Shown here one piece after another: positions 22,123 to 31,849 of a stretch of DNA of 64,000 nt. The notes below the pieces were generated by a model, which searched no databases, was not told the origin of the DNA, and saw only the letters and a program-made list of their open reading frames with translations. The stretch is from IMG/VR virus record IMGVR_UViG_3300037348_000049, positions 65,572 to 129,571 of that record; one strand, given 5' to 3'. The position numbers were made by a program, and so were the translations under genes. How positions within the stretch are numbered: position 1 is the stretch's first letter; each line of letters starts with the position of its first letter. This DNA is from a virus.

Positions 22123-22395
22123 ATGGTAATGACTGATCAAGAGCAGAAAGATAAATCTGCATGGCACATCATCGAGCACCTACACCCCGACACTCAGGTT
22201 GCGGTTCGGTATGCGATCGAACGAGCCAAAATTGAAGAGGGTTTTCAAGTAGCTCACATGTTGCAGCAAGACTACGAGCTGGGCATCCAAGAAGAGCGTA
22301 AACGCATACTTGACATATTGATAGCAAACTGCAATACTTATCACACAGCGTTAATGGGTTGTGAGTGCTCAGTGCAGATTGAACTTATAGGCTAA
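22123..22395 (+). CDS. Hypothetical protein
   Basis: GAGAGGAG RBS before ATG 22123. Confidence 0.55.
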   Translation: MVMTDQEQKDKSAWHIIEHLHPDTQVAVRYAIERAKIEEGFQVAHMLQQDYELGIQEERKRILDILIANCNTYHTALMGCECSVQIELIG

Positions 22396-22430
22396 AACGC
22401 AAATAATCATTTTTAACTATAAGGAGAGAA

Positions 22431-23000
22431 ATGAGCTTCCTATATATAGGACTAGATGGAGAGATGTCCTCCAGTGAGCTGGCTGAAGGCGGTAAGCTGA
22501 TTCAGATTGGCCTGTTCACTCAGGACGGGTACCAACTCTCTATGAAGATAAATCCAGGTGAGTGCCAGTGGTCAGAGCGCGCCTTTGAGGTTCACGGCAT
22601 AACACTAGAGTCTCTACAAAGTGCGCCTTTGCCAGATGAGGTTGACAGTCAAGTTTACGATTGGTTGATTGCAGTAGGAGTTGATACTAACAGCAGGGGT
22701 AAAACTATCCCTGTCGGGTTTAACGTTGGCGCATTTGACATGCCCTTTGTGAAGGACTCGCTGCCCAAAAGCTATTCCCTATTCTCTAGGAGGACAGTAG
22801 ATCTAAACGCGCTATGTTTCGCGCTGGATTACAAAGAAGAAAACGGAATGCCCGTAAAAGCCGCGACTTGGAAGAAACGCGCGAAGGCTTATGCCATTGA
22901 AAAGATTGGTACAGAAAATCAGCACGATGCTGGTTGGGATGCAGAGATGCACTATTATTGCTGGGAATTTTTGAAAGGAATCATAAATAATGAACGATGA
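22431..23000 (+). CDS. DEDDh 3'-5' exonuclease (DnaQ-like)
   Basis: GLDGEMS (ExoI), GFNVGAFD (ExoII), HDAGWDA (ExoIII). Confidence 0.85.
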   Translation: MSFLYIGLDGEMSSSELAEGGKLIQIGLFTQDGYQLSMKINPGECQWSERAFEVHGITLESLQSAPLPDEVDSQVYDWLIAVGVDTNSRGKTIPVGFNVGAFDMPFVKDSLPKSYSLFSRRTVDLNALCFALDYKEENGMPVKAATWKKRAKAYAIEKIGTENQHDAGWDAEMHYYCWEFLKGIINNER

Positions 23001-23340
23001 AACAGAGACAATTGTACTTTCACTTAATCTATTGGTAGTCTCAGTGGTTACAATATTTGCACAACTAAGCGAGAAGAAAAGGCTTAAAAAAATTAATACT
23101 TGGGCTAATGATCGGATGGCAGAGATGGAGGGTCCTATGAAAATACTGGCAGCCCACGCTAAGCTAACTAAGGTCTACAAGGCACATCAGAGCGGTAGGT
23201 TAACTGAGATGATGCTTGCACTCGATATTGATGTTAACGATCCTCTCTTTAATGGGATGAGTCTCAGTGAGTTCGACGGTATAGTTGCAGTCCGTGTTGC
23301 GGATCTTAAGCGTGTAATAACGAATGAAAGTAATCAATGA
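22990..23340 (+). CDS. Hypothetical protein with N-terminal TM helix
   Basis: Hydrophobic N-terminus; coupled ORF. Confidence 0.55.
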   Translation: MNDETETIVLSLNLLVVSVVTIFAQLSEKKRLKKINTWANDRMAEMEGPMKILAAHAKLTKVYKAHQSGRLTEMMLALDIDVNDPLFNGMSLSEFDGIVAVRVADLKRVITNESNQ

Positions 23341-23561
23341 TAAATAAAACTAGCGGGCCACTACTAAGCCTGGAAGACGCCTGCAAGATGGCAAACATAA
23401 CTAAAACAAGTTTATATAGTTATGTGTCTTTGGGCTATCTGAAACTTGAGTTTGACGGGGGGATGGTCTACTATCGAGATCTCTTACGTGCCTCTTGGAT
23501 AGCAAAACAAAATCAGATTGCAAATGGTAAAAGAAGTGCCTATGGTAGGCGAGATAAATAA
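23337..23561 (+). CDS. MerR/excisionase-like HTH protein
   Basis: GPLLSLEDACKMANITKTSLYSYV..G..EFDGGM.YYR.LL.ASW; paralog of 21209-21448. Confidence 0.7.
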   Translation: MINKTSGPLLSLEDACKMANITKTSLYSYVSLGYLKLEFDGGMVYYRDLLRASWIAKQNQIANGKRSAYGRRDK

Positions 23562-23803
23562 TGCCACTACACGTTCAGATTAGACTAAACAGACAGCTGC
23601 TCAGCGAGATACATATAGCCAGAGCTGAGGGTGGAACAGATCCGGATGATATAAATACCTACATCGCTACTACTGGTGAAGAGCCTTTGTGGCTAGAGGG
23701 CTACGAAGAGCATGGTGTAAAATTTAAACATCGCTATGGTGATGGTGCAGAGGTTTGCGTTAGGAAAGCACTTGAAGCACTTGAACCATCTATAAAAACA
23801 TAA
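23561..23803 (+). CDS. Hypothetical protein
   Basis: Stop/start overlap with upstream gene. Confidence 0.6.
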   Translation: MPLHVQIRLNRQLLSEIHIARAEGGTDPDDINTYIATTGEEPLWLEGYEEHGVKFKHRYGDGAEVCVRKALEALEPSIKT

Positions 23804-23989
23804 AAGCTAGCATCCGTAAAAACATGGAAATGAGGTCAAAATGATTAAGTTTAGAAGCTACAGAGATTCTAGCTCTCTAGGTACCCACTATGTATTCGGC
23901 ATCAACTTGTACGACATGAAAACCCAGCCAACGCTAGACATTATTATTGGCAAGAGGGTGTTCGTATTCTTCTGTGACAGAAAGACCAA

Positions 23990-24253
23990 ATGATAGTCAC
24001 AACTGAGTCAGGTACGGTGTATAACTTAACTGGTGCATTCTGCGTGCGTAATGGGCAATTTGAATTTAGGATTTGGTGGATCTATTGTTTTGACTCTGAG
24101 GAAGACATGCCTATGTCCGAAGTACCTCGACCGTATGAGAGTGAAGATTCTGGAAGAAGGCTCCCGATTCAGGTTGGTAAGCGCATGTACCTAGGCGGCA
24201 AAGACGGCTGGAGGATCTCGACTAAGATAGTATCAATAGAGGAGACACAATAA
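23990..24253 (+). CDS. Hypothetical protein
   Basis: TTESGTVY N-terminus, common in actinophage small proteins. Confidence 0.55.
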   Translation: MIVTTESGTVYNLTGAFCVRNGQFEFRIWWIYCFDSEEDMPMSEVPRPYESEDSGRRLPIQVGKRMYLGGKDGWRISTKIVSIEETQ

Positions 24254-24815
24254 TGGGAGACTTTATGAGAGAACTATTTGGAAGTAGTTGGGCATACTTG
24301 CTAGCTATTGCTGGATTACTGATCTGGTGGGCCGGTCAGAGATTTTGGCGCAAGTAGTGAACAGCGGGGACGGATTCGCGGAAGTGTACCTTGACTAATA
24401 GTAGTTTTAAGTACCATCTTGAAGAGGCTAACTCTAATCTCGATAAAGCAGAGCGTTGCGATCAGAAGTCTAAGAAATATCAAGACAAAGTCGCGAGAAG
24501 AAAAAATTGGGCTACAAAACATCACGCGAGGTTCTGGGCCGCACACTGGGCTAGTGAAACAAGTAATCATCTGTCGTGGGCCAAGTACCACACTGAACAA
24601 ACTAGATACGCTGTGTGATGTACTTCCTCGTAAAAACTACCTAAGAGAAAGGCTGCTTGTGCAGGTTAAATCACTAACTAAAGAAGACGTATTGCTTCTA
24701 CTGGAGTCGTATGCCTTAGCTCGGCCGGAGCACTCAGAGGCTGTGCTTAGTGCTTCTAAGTACATGAGACTTAAGTTTATACAACATGCTGACAACATGA
24801 AGTGGGAGGTAATCC

Positions 24816-25307
24816 TTGAAAAGGAACGACGATCTGAGTCTTAAGCGCTTTGAGTACTTAGAAGGAAACATTAGGGTTGTTGATTGGGTTTGGCTCAGAG
24901 AGAATGAAGTGGCGAACTACATGTCCGGCAGGGATACAATTGGTGCGCTACTAGTTAGAAACGCTTCTGCTGATGAGGCAGAATTATATGACGAAGCCTA
25001 CAACGACGGCTACGATGTGGCCATGATTTATGAAAGTATTAATAATTCAAATGGAGTTACTTACAGAATAGAAGTTTCAGAAGATAAGATAGCAACTAAG
25101 GCGGGTGACTTTGATAGTCACAAGATGTTTGAGTGCGCAACCTGTGGGGTTAACAAAGACTTTGAATCAGACGTTGCTGTAATTGAAAGCGGTCCTTGGT
25201 TCCTAGCTACTCTAAAAGAAGATGTGCTGTGGTTTAACTGCTACAACTGTGGATCTATGGGCGCTGAGATAGCGGGGATAGAAGTTGATGGAACGCCAGA
25301 TGAGTGA
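24816..25307 (+). CDS. Hypothetical protein with two CxxC motifs
   Basis: CATC and CYNC. Confidence 0.6.
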   Translation: MKRNDDLSLKRFEYLEGNIRVVDWVWLRENEVANYMSGRDTIGALLVRNASADEAELYDEAYNDGYDVAMIYESINNSNGVTYRIEVSEDKIATKAGDFDSHKMFECATCGVNKDFESDVAVIESGPWFLATLKEDVLWFNCYNCGSMGAEIAGIEVDGTPDE

Positions 25308-25758
25308 GCTTGGGCTGGACTGGGGCAAATCCTCTGCACCACCTCCTAAGCAAAGCAAGGCTGCAAAGCTTAAAGCTGTGGTAAACGTATCTATTTTCAC
25401 TATGGATAAGCACAAATGTGAAGCTGCGCACAAGACAACGAAGACTTTTATCGAATGCGCTCTACGTGTATATAGAGAGAACATAAGCAAGAAGCTAGCA
25501 CTACCAACAATAAGTGTTAAGGGATCTGGCTCCTGGGCAACTATTCACGCCAGCGAAAGTGATAGCTACTACACACACGCAAACAATAAAGAACTAAATC
25601 ACCAGCACGAACTTCTAGAAGTGATCTTATTTGAGACTCTGGAGGAAGCAGCCGAGTGGCAAAAGTTTCAAATAAGGTTCTGTAAGAGTTCTACTGGTTG
25701 CAGTAATGATTGCAATGGCAAGGGAATGCACGGATACGTGACTAAGATAGTACTATGA
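25285..25758 (+). CDS. Hypothetical protein
   Basis: C.AAHKT..T...CA motif and Cys-rich C-terminus. Confidence 0.55.
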   Translation: MMERQMSELGLDWGKSSAPPPKQSKAAKLKAVVNVSIFTMDKHKCEAAHKTTKTFIECALRVYRENISKKLALPTISVKGSGSWATIHASESDSYYTHANNKELNHQHELLEVILFETLEEAAEWQKFQIRFCKSSTGCSNDCNGKGMHGYVTKIVL

Positions 25759-26045
25759 ACCTAGAAGAATTTAGAAAAGTATCACACGAGTTTTATGCAG
25801 AAGCAGAGAGTGTGCTTGTCAAGAAACAGAATGATTACGGACCAACAAACATTAGCAGAAGCCCTGGTGGCCCACTCAATGGACTACGAGTCAGAATGCA
25901 TGACAAGATTAGTCGTATAAATCATCTAATAGACAACGATGTGGACCCAGAGAATGAAAGCTTGAAGGATTCCTTCCTTGATCTTGCGAACTATAGCATT
26001 ATTGCGATGATGGTGTTAGATCAAAAATGGCCTGACGCGGAGTAG
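25755..26045 (+). CDS. DUF1599 / nucleotide-modification-associated (Nmad) domain protein
   Basis: KKQNDYG..NI, RMHDKISR, ES..DS..DLANYSII. Confidence 0.75.
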   Translation: MNLEEFRKVSHEFYAEAESVLVKKQNDYGPTNISRSPGGPLNGLRVRMHDKISRINHLIDNDVDPENESLKDSFLDLANYSIIAMMVLDQKWPDAE

Positions 26046-26221
26046 TATTCCATAAAAATACTAATTGAGCGCCACGTCTCACTGGTAGATTAGCGAATGA
26101 TCGCCTATTTTACTTAGTTTACCCTAGAAAAAAATAAAAATCAATAAACTACTGGTACTATCAGCTACCTAAAAGACGTGACATAATAATATAAAGTAAT
26201 CACACTAGGAAAGTTGGTCGT

Positions 26222-26515
26222 ATGCAATACTCCACTCGTCGTTTGCGAAACTTGCAAAAACATCGACACATGGGTGATATAAAAAGAATGATTTTAAACA
26301 ACAATCTTTTTAGAAACTTAGATAATAAAGACCAACGCAAGCTTGCAGAACTCATATACAAGTCAGAAATGATCGAAGTATTTGTTAGGGACAAAGAGCT
26401 CGTAAGAATAAATGAGTCCTTTGAATCTATCGTAGAAGCAGTTGCGGACATGTTGGATGAACGATTGGAAGAGGATTACCCAGAAGATGATAGTGACGAT
26501 TATCGCGAAAAGTAG
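26222..26515 (+). CDS. Hypothetical protein
   Basis: Last gene before convergent terminator. Confidence 0.5.
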   Translation: MQYSTRRLRNLQKHRHMGDIKRMILNNNLFRNLDNKDQRKLAELIYKSEMIEVFVRDKELVRINESFESIVEAVADMLDERLEEDYPEDDSDDYREK

Positions 26516-26580
26516 TAATTCTTGTGTTACAATTTAATTGATTGGAGTCTATCTTCTTTCTTGGTGTTGTGACCAGTAAC

Positions 26581-26620
26581 AGAAAACCCCCGGTTTGTGT
26601 GGCCGGGGGTTTTCTTTTTT
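26581..26620. terminator. Bidirectional terminator between convergent genes
   Basis: AGAAAACCCCCGG...CCGGGGTTTTCTTTTT. Confidence 0.8.
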
Positions 26621-26632
26621 AAAACTATATGT

Positions 26633-27628
26633 CTATAAAGGTCGCTTGCAGCACTCGCAGATTTTAACTTCTTCCTTAGCTACTGGTACTGGTTCTGCTG
26701 GAATTCGAAGAGACTGGCCAACACTAATAATGTTAATGTCTACGATTTTATTTTCCTTAGCTAATTTATTAACGTCTATATCAAACTGTTTTGCAATGCC
26801 TGACAGTGTGTCTCCAGACTTAACTGAGTACCTAACAACCTTGGGGGCTTTGATGGCTTTGGTGGCTTTGGTTTCTTTAACGGGTGCCACTACTTTTGAT
26901 TCAGCTTTTTCTGGGACAACTTTTTTAGGCTCTTCTACAAGGGGACTTATCTTCTTGGAGGAAACAAGAATGTCGTTTACCTCTACACAAATCTCGTGTG
27001 TAGTTGTCAGTGTTATCCCTTCCGCGAAAGCAACTCCAGCTTTTCTTTGAGTCTTATAGTAAACGCTAGTGCCATCTTTTCTAATGCGAACTTTAGAACC
27101 AACTGGTATTTTTGTGACTTCAACAACAACATTGGTATTCTTTGGCGTGTAGGTGACCTTCACGCCATCTGCCTGACCTTTTTTGATCTCCTCTAGGAGA
27201 AACTCTTTTAGGTCAAAGACTACTTTATTATGCTCACCGTAAAATACGCCCTTAATGGTTGTCGCAAGGGTCGCGTGCAAATGGGGCCCAGAACTTGCAG
27301 ACCCAGAATTTCCGAGAAGTCCGATCGTCTGACCTACTTCAATCTTATCTCCAACTTTTAGGGTGGGAGCCTTGGCCATATGGCAGTAGCCAACGTACCA
27401 AACTTTTTCTCTTGCCCAAACTGTCTGAACTATTACATGGCCAAGAATTGAGCTTCTACCAACATACTTAATTGTTCCGCTACTTACCGCGGGGATTGGG
27501 GTATTTAGTGGCATTGCCCAGTCGGTACCTCGGTGAGCGCCAAGTCCGTTACGGATTCTATAAGCCGAGCGCGTGTTGAACTCGCCTGTAATCCTTTTTA
27601 GTGGGAACGGAAGAATGAATTCACTCAT
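26633..27628 (-). CDS. Endolysin: M23 peptidase + LysM
   Basis: HRGTD and GPHLH M23 motifs; YSVKSGDTLSGIAKQF...I.VGQSL.IP LysM. Confidence 0.9.
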   Translation of the reverse strand: MSEFILPFPLKRITGEFNTRSAYRIRNGLGAHRGTDWAMPLNTPIPAVSSGTIKYVGRSSILGHVIVQTVWAREKVWYVGYCHMAKAPTLKVGDKIEVGQTIGLLGNSGSASSGPHLHATLATTIKGVFYGEHNKVVFDLKEFLLEEIKKGQADGVKVTYTPKNTNVVVEVTKIPVGSKVRIRKDGTSVYYKTQRKAGVAFAEGITLTTTHEICVEVNDILVSSKKISPLVEEPKKVVPEKAESKVVAPVKETKATKAIKAPKVVRYSVKSGDTLSGIAKQFDIDVNKLAKENKIVDINIISVGQSLRIPAEPVPVAKEEVKICECCKRPL

Positions 27629-27715
27629 TTAATACTCCTAACAAGATATTTTGTAGTATATTACTATTGTACCTTCTGTGTGATGTACCTATTAATATGT
27701 TAGGATTTACAAATT

Positions 27716-28180
27716 ATGTCAGGATTATTTCTTATAACTGTTAGTGCCGATGCTGCTGATAGGTCTTTGCTCCCGTCTTACGACTCTTTGTTTGACTCAG
27801 CTGCATACCTCATGTCTGCAGAGAATGTTGTAGTGCCCGCTGGTAAAAGGGTAGCTGTATCAACGGGTGTGAGAATGTCTATGCCAAATACAGAATTGTG
27901 CGGTCTTTTGAGTCCAGTAATGAACTTAAGTATTGATGGGCTCCTAATGATGGACAGTGGAAGAGTGATTGACCAGTGGGACGTATCGGAAATTAAAACT
28001 CTGCTATGGAACACCACTGACGATGATATCACTCTAGCTAAAGGGCAGAGGGTCTGCAGGTATTCTGTAATCCCGGTTGCACATGCTAGTTATGTATCAG
28101 TGCCCGCAAATGTACTAGATACAATACACCACTCGGATGAATGCGGAGCAGCAATGGACTGGAGTAGCCTTGAGCACTAA
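27716..28180 (+). CDS. Degenerate dUTPase-like protein
   Basis: Spacing fits the dUTPase fold (V.VSTG.R, GRVID, LWN, GQRV) but RSG, DxDYRG, Gln of motif IV and motif V are missing. Confidence 0.65.
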   Translation: MSGLFLITVSADAADRSLLPSYDSLFDSAAYLMSAENVVVPAGKRVAVSTGVRMSMPNTELCGLLSPVMNLSIDGLLMMDSGRVIDQWDVSEIKTLLWNTTDDDITLAKGQRVCRYSVIPVAHASYVSVPANVLDTIHHSDECGAAMDWSSLEH

Positions 28181-28691
28181 CTTAAACTTTAAGCAGCCAC
28201 CTAATACTTTAATATTTACAACGGATTATGACATCCTGACTGCTAATTACACTTCAGAAAAAGTAACCATAGACAAGAAGACCAAAAAAGTTGTCTATAA
28301 GTGCTTCTGGGTGCTAAGTGCTTGGCGTGATGGAAAAATGCTTCTATATGGCAGCCTCGAAACAGATTTAGAGGCTACTAATGATGCTGAAGCAGAAGAC
28401 AGGATTGCTGAAATATCAAACCACGTAGCTAGGTTTATTGAAACAGCTAGAGATATTGAGTCCTCTGACAATAGTGTCAATGTTCTTTCTGAACATAATG
28501 GTAGGGAAATAATTGCCGCAGTCCATGCAAGGTTTCTATCTCAGTTCTTGCACAGTACGAAGTTAGAACACAGTATTCTAGCCGTACGTGCTTTTCTTAA
28601 GACAATGAACGTTAAAAACACCAAGAAGATACTTGCTGACGTTTTTGACGCAAAGATCATTGAAGACATAAAGGATAAAGACCTAAAGTAG
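28137..28691 (+). CDS. Hypothetical protein
   Basis: 184-aa ORF following the dut-like gene. Confidence 0.55.
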   Translation: MNAEQQWTGVALSTNLNFKQPPNTLIFTTDYDILTANYTSEKVTIDKKTKKVVYKCFWVLSAWRDGKMLLYGSLETDLEATNDAEAEDRIAEISNHVARFIETARDIESSDNSVNVLSEHNGREIIAAVHARFLSQFLHSTKLEHSILAVRAFLKTMNVKNTKKILADVFDAKIIEDIKDKDLK

Positions 28692-28763
28692 GTACTACTT
28701 ACTTCTACACGCGCCACTTCCCCTGAGTTTGACATTTGTTTCTAGTTAGTGCATACTATGAAG

Positions 28764-29225
28764 ATGAATGAAGATGAAGAAACTTGGGAGCTACCTCCAG
28801 GGCCAAAACTGTATGTAGAGAAATTACGTAGCGAGGGTAATGGGGATATGGCAGATGCCTACGAGGACCTATACGAGGACCACCGGGTCGCTCGTGAGCA
28901 ATTTATTAAAGATCACCTTGGTGGAGATGTTACGACCTTCTACAAGGCTAGCAAGCAGGTTAGGGACGAGTTCCACAGCATAGCTTCCGATATTGTTGAT
29001 CTTCAAAGAATTGCTAATAAGGCAACTAACTATGGGAGAACAGCGAAGCAAGAAGCGTTGGATAACTTAGATTTTATGAACGACCCCAAGTTGGTCTACA
29101 GGCAACAAAAAGATTTACTGGCTGGCTGGTATCAGAGCCTCTCTGCTGAGTTGTTCTACTATGACGGAGTGATTTGGGACAAGATCCCTAAAGAGAGAAT
29201 TAATGAATTGGAGTACTTAGGATGA
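28764..29225 (+). CDS. Hypothetical protein, shares C-terminal domain with next gene
   Basis: TTGACA/CATACT promoter; ends WYQ...YYDG..W...LEYLG. Confidence 0.6.
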   Translation: MNEDEETWELPPGPKLYVEKLRSEGNGDMADAYEDLYEDHRVAREQFIKDHLGGDVTTFYKASKQVRDEFHSIASDIVDLQRIANKATNYGRTAKQEALDNLDFMNDPKLVYRQQKDLLAGWYQSLSAELFYYDGVIWDKIPKERINELEYLG

Positions 29226-29713
29226 TAGACGAAACGAAACTACAGTCAGTACCAGGAGGAGACGAGCGTGTTCTCTATGATGATGCTGGCAACACCTACT
29301 ACAAAGATCCTAAGAAGGGCATCATCCCTTGGGCGGAATTAGTTGAGGATAATCTAGAACACTCTGTAGGAAGTTTCCTTGATCTAGACCTTGAGGATGT
29401 TGGGAAGATTGTTTACGTTCGGGTTACTGAAACTGGCTATCAAAGAATTATTGGCTCTGAACGTTCAGGTAAGGCAGTTAGTGGCCAATCTTGGGAAGAT
29501 CTAGCTCCAGAATTATCAAAGAAGAGAGCAGCTGGTCTAGCTGCCGGAGTATCTCTAGCGCCAACCGAGATCCTTGCAGTGCAAGAACCAGAAGCAATAG
29601 AGATTGGCTGGTATCAAGATCCTGATGGTAACTTGTATCAGTACAATGGTGACAAGTGGGTTGATGGAGATGTCTCTAGCAACTTTATTAAAAAGTTAGA
29701 GTACTTAGGATAA
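29222..29713 (+). CDS. Hypothetical protein, shares C-terminal domain with previous gene
   Basis: Ends WYQDPDGNLYQYNGDKW...LEYLG. Confidence 0.6.
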   Translation: MIDETKLQSVPGGDERVLYDDAGNTYYKDPKKGIIPWAELVEDNLEHSVGSFLDLDLEDVGKIVYVRVTETGYQRIIGSERSGKAVSGQSWEDLAPELSKKRAAGLAAGVSLAPTEILAVQEPEAIEIGWYQDPDGNLYQYNGDKWVDGDVSSNFIKKLEYLG

Positions 29714-29805
29714 ACAAGCGCTGGACTTTTATTTCTACCTAAAGGTTGACTTATAAGTCTTTGCGTGTTACTGTTTATCTGCAACATCTTAATCAAGGAG
29801 AAATA

Positions 29806-29937
29806 ATGGAAATCACTTTTGTATGGAGCTGGTTCAGCTTTATAGTAGGTAGCTTGTCCTCTGTTGCTACAGGGGTAACGCTACTACTAATTGCTGCTGT
29901 AGCTAAGTGGAAAAAAACAAACCGCTATAACAAGTAA
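29806..29937 (+). CDS. Small single-TM protein
   Basis: AAGGAG RBS; hydrophobic 43 aa. Confidence 0.55.
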   Translation: MEITFVWSWFSFIVGSLSSVATGVTLLLIAAVAKWKKTNRYNK

Positions 29938-30040
29938 AGCAATCGAACAGAAGACAAGACCGCCTCGTAAGGGACGGTCTTTCTTTTTGCCCTGTGTAGT
30001 GCAAGTTGACAGGATATGGTTGTCGGGGTATACTAAAGAC

Positions 30041-30352
30041 ATGAAAAAATTAACTGCAATAGCATGGTCAATACCATTTGTGGTAACAGGATGGATCTGG
30101 TTTGGTTGGCTAATGCCGGAGCTTATGAGCTCTAATGAAAATCTAAGTTGGTGGGCCATGACTGTGGGTGGCATCATATTTACTTTTAGTGGTTGGAGTG
30201 TGATCTTCAGCTCTAAGTCAGCAGGAAGGATTCCAGGCGCCTTACCGATCGTCACTACTACAGAATATGATGCGGATTATTTAAACGCCAAAATTGAGAT
30301 GGAAGTAGACTTCAATGTGGCAGACGATATGTTTAAGCGTTACTCTTCTTGA
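30041..30352 (+). CDS. Two-TM membrane protein
   Basis: Two hydrophobic segments. Confidence 0.5.
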   Translation: MKKLTAIAWSIPFVVTGWIWFGWLMPELMSSNENLSWWAMTVGGIIFTFSGWSVIFSSKSAGRIPGALPIVTTTEYDADYLNAKIEMEVDFNVADDMFKRYSS

Positions 30353-30603
30353 TGATCTAGATCAACTTCTGTACCCCAAGCGAAAAATTTCGCGGTCCTA
30401 AGCAGGTCCATCACTTCGTAAGCCAAGTCTTCTACTGCTAGCAATAGATCGGCTTTCTCTTCTGAGTCGATAGGGTCTTCTACTTCGTAGTGTGCCTCTT
30501 GGACAGCATAACGACAGAGCATAAGACGCTGAACTGTTTTTTCAAGCGCGCTCCTATTTTGAGAGACCTTAGGAGATCTCGGGGGAATCGGTGCTGTATC
30601 CAT
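30340..30603 (-). CDS. Hypothetical protein
   Basis: Isolated minus-strand helical ORF. Confidence 0.5.
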   Translation of the reverse strand: MDTAPIPPRSPKVSQNRSALEKTVQRLMLCRYAVQEAHYEVEDPIDSEEKADLLLAVEDLAYEVMDLLRTAKFFAWGTEVDLDHQEE

Positions 30604-30883
30604 CTAATAATTGTATGCCAAAAGACTGGGTGCGTTTAGGATGGGGGTCAACAGTTGGAGCTAATAATGTAACATGATAGTATTTAAAGATAGCAGGGTC
30701 TTGCAGATAGAGACAGCAAAAAAAGGAGGATGGAGAAAATCTCTTCTAAAAACGTAAAAAATGTATTACCAAGAAAAGAGAGAACAGTAACTTCGAAACC
30801 TGATAATAAAGAAGAGCACTTATTACCAAGAAACGACAAGAGGGAATTGTTTTTTCTTGATAATAAACTAATATATCTAAAGT

Positions 30884-31049
30884 CTAAAAGATTAAGTAGA
30901 CTAATGTTTACTAATTACGCGCTTTAAAAACAACTTGACGCATCTTAGGAAAGTTTAGTTGTCTTAATCTTTTAGTTGTTTTTAGTTGTTTTAGAGTGCT
31001 TTAGAGTGTGTTAGAGTAGAGCTTGACATTTGCTATTTGACAAGTCAAA
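30884..31049. repeat. AT-rich inverted repeat, 10-bp-phased iterons and palindrome (origin-like)
   Basis: CTAAAAGATTAAG 30884-30896 / CTTAATCTTTTAG 30963-30975; TTAG units at 30971, 30981, 30991, 31001, 31011; TTTGAC-AA-GTCAAA 31036-31049. Confidence 0.6.
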
Positions 31050-31068
31050 TTAAGGACAGGGAAAAGTA

Positions 31069-31308
31069 ATGGGAATCTACGAGAGACTAACAAGAAGACC
31101 TTTTTTGTTGGGGCTTCAAAGAGGGATGAGAATGGGGCGGAAACTTGAACGCTCTGAACTTGGGATTGGATTAAAGTCCGTGAGTAAAAAAATGGCTCCG
31201 GGTAAATTTAAAGATGGGTACAAACAAGCCATCGAAGACTTGGATAAAAAGAACTTCCAGGGTGATCATGATTTTGGTGACTTTGGATCAGAAGAAGGAG
31301 AATACTAA
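31069..31308 (+). CDS. Hypothetical protein
   Basis: Follows TTGACA promoter and AGGGAAAAG leader. Confidence 0.55.
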   Translation: MGIYERLTRRPFLLGLQRGMRMGRKLERSELGIGLKSVSKKMAPGKFKDGYKQAIEDLDKKNFQGDHDFGDFGSEEGEY

Positions 31309-31309
31309 A

Positions 31310-31780
31310 ATGACAGACAATGTTTCTAATATGTTTTCATTTGACCTAGCTGAAGCAGATGAGGTTAACAACTCAATCGAAGGGCAAGGACGAATTAGGG
31401 ATGGCGGTATCTGTGTATGTGGGCACCCATCAAGCAGACACACCTGGGTCCCAGAAAGAGGCAGGTCAGTTTGCCAACCAACTAAGCTCTACTGCGCATG
31501 TATGAAGAAGGACGTTTACATAGAAGTTTCAGATACTAGATTCTTTCTTAGGAAGACTTTGGGTAATGGACCTGAGCACGCATTCAGTCGAGGAGTGGCT
31601 GCTGCGATAAAAGCTGGTGTAGATATAAAAATAATCAAGCCACCAATATGCGAGCCTTGTGGCAAAGAAGGTGTGCCTGTGACTCCAGTTCGAGTGACGG
31701 ATACAGGTCGAGTAACCGATTCAGATTCATCTGGTAGAAATGCTTTCTTATGCAGAGAGTGTCAGATTGCAAGATCGTAA
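31310..31780 (+). CDS. Cys/His-rich putative zinc-binding protein
   Basis: C.CGH...H, C....C.C, CxxC, CxxC. Confidence 0.65.
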   Translation: MTDNVSNMFSFDLAEADEVNNSIEGQGRIRDGGICVCGHPSSRHTWVPERGRSVCQPTKLYCACMKKDVYIEVSDTRFFLRKTLGNGPEHAFSRGVAAAIKAGVDIKIIKPPICEPCGKEGVPVTPVRVTDTGRVTDSDSSGRNAFLCRECQIARS

Positions 31781-31849
31781 CTTTTATGATACTGTTTTAC
31801 GGTACTCGTACAAGTGCAAGCAACATCAAAACTAACGTTAGGAAATCAA

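Noticed and set aside
24391-24844. Overlapping ORFs 24391-24618 and 24419-24844
   Set aside because: Could not decide the true frame or start from sequence alone, so they were left unannotated.
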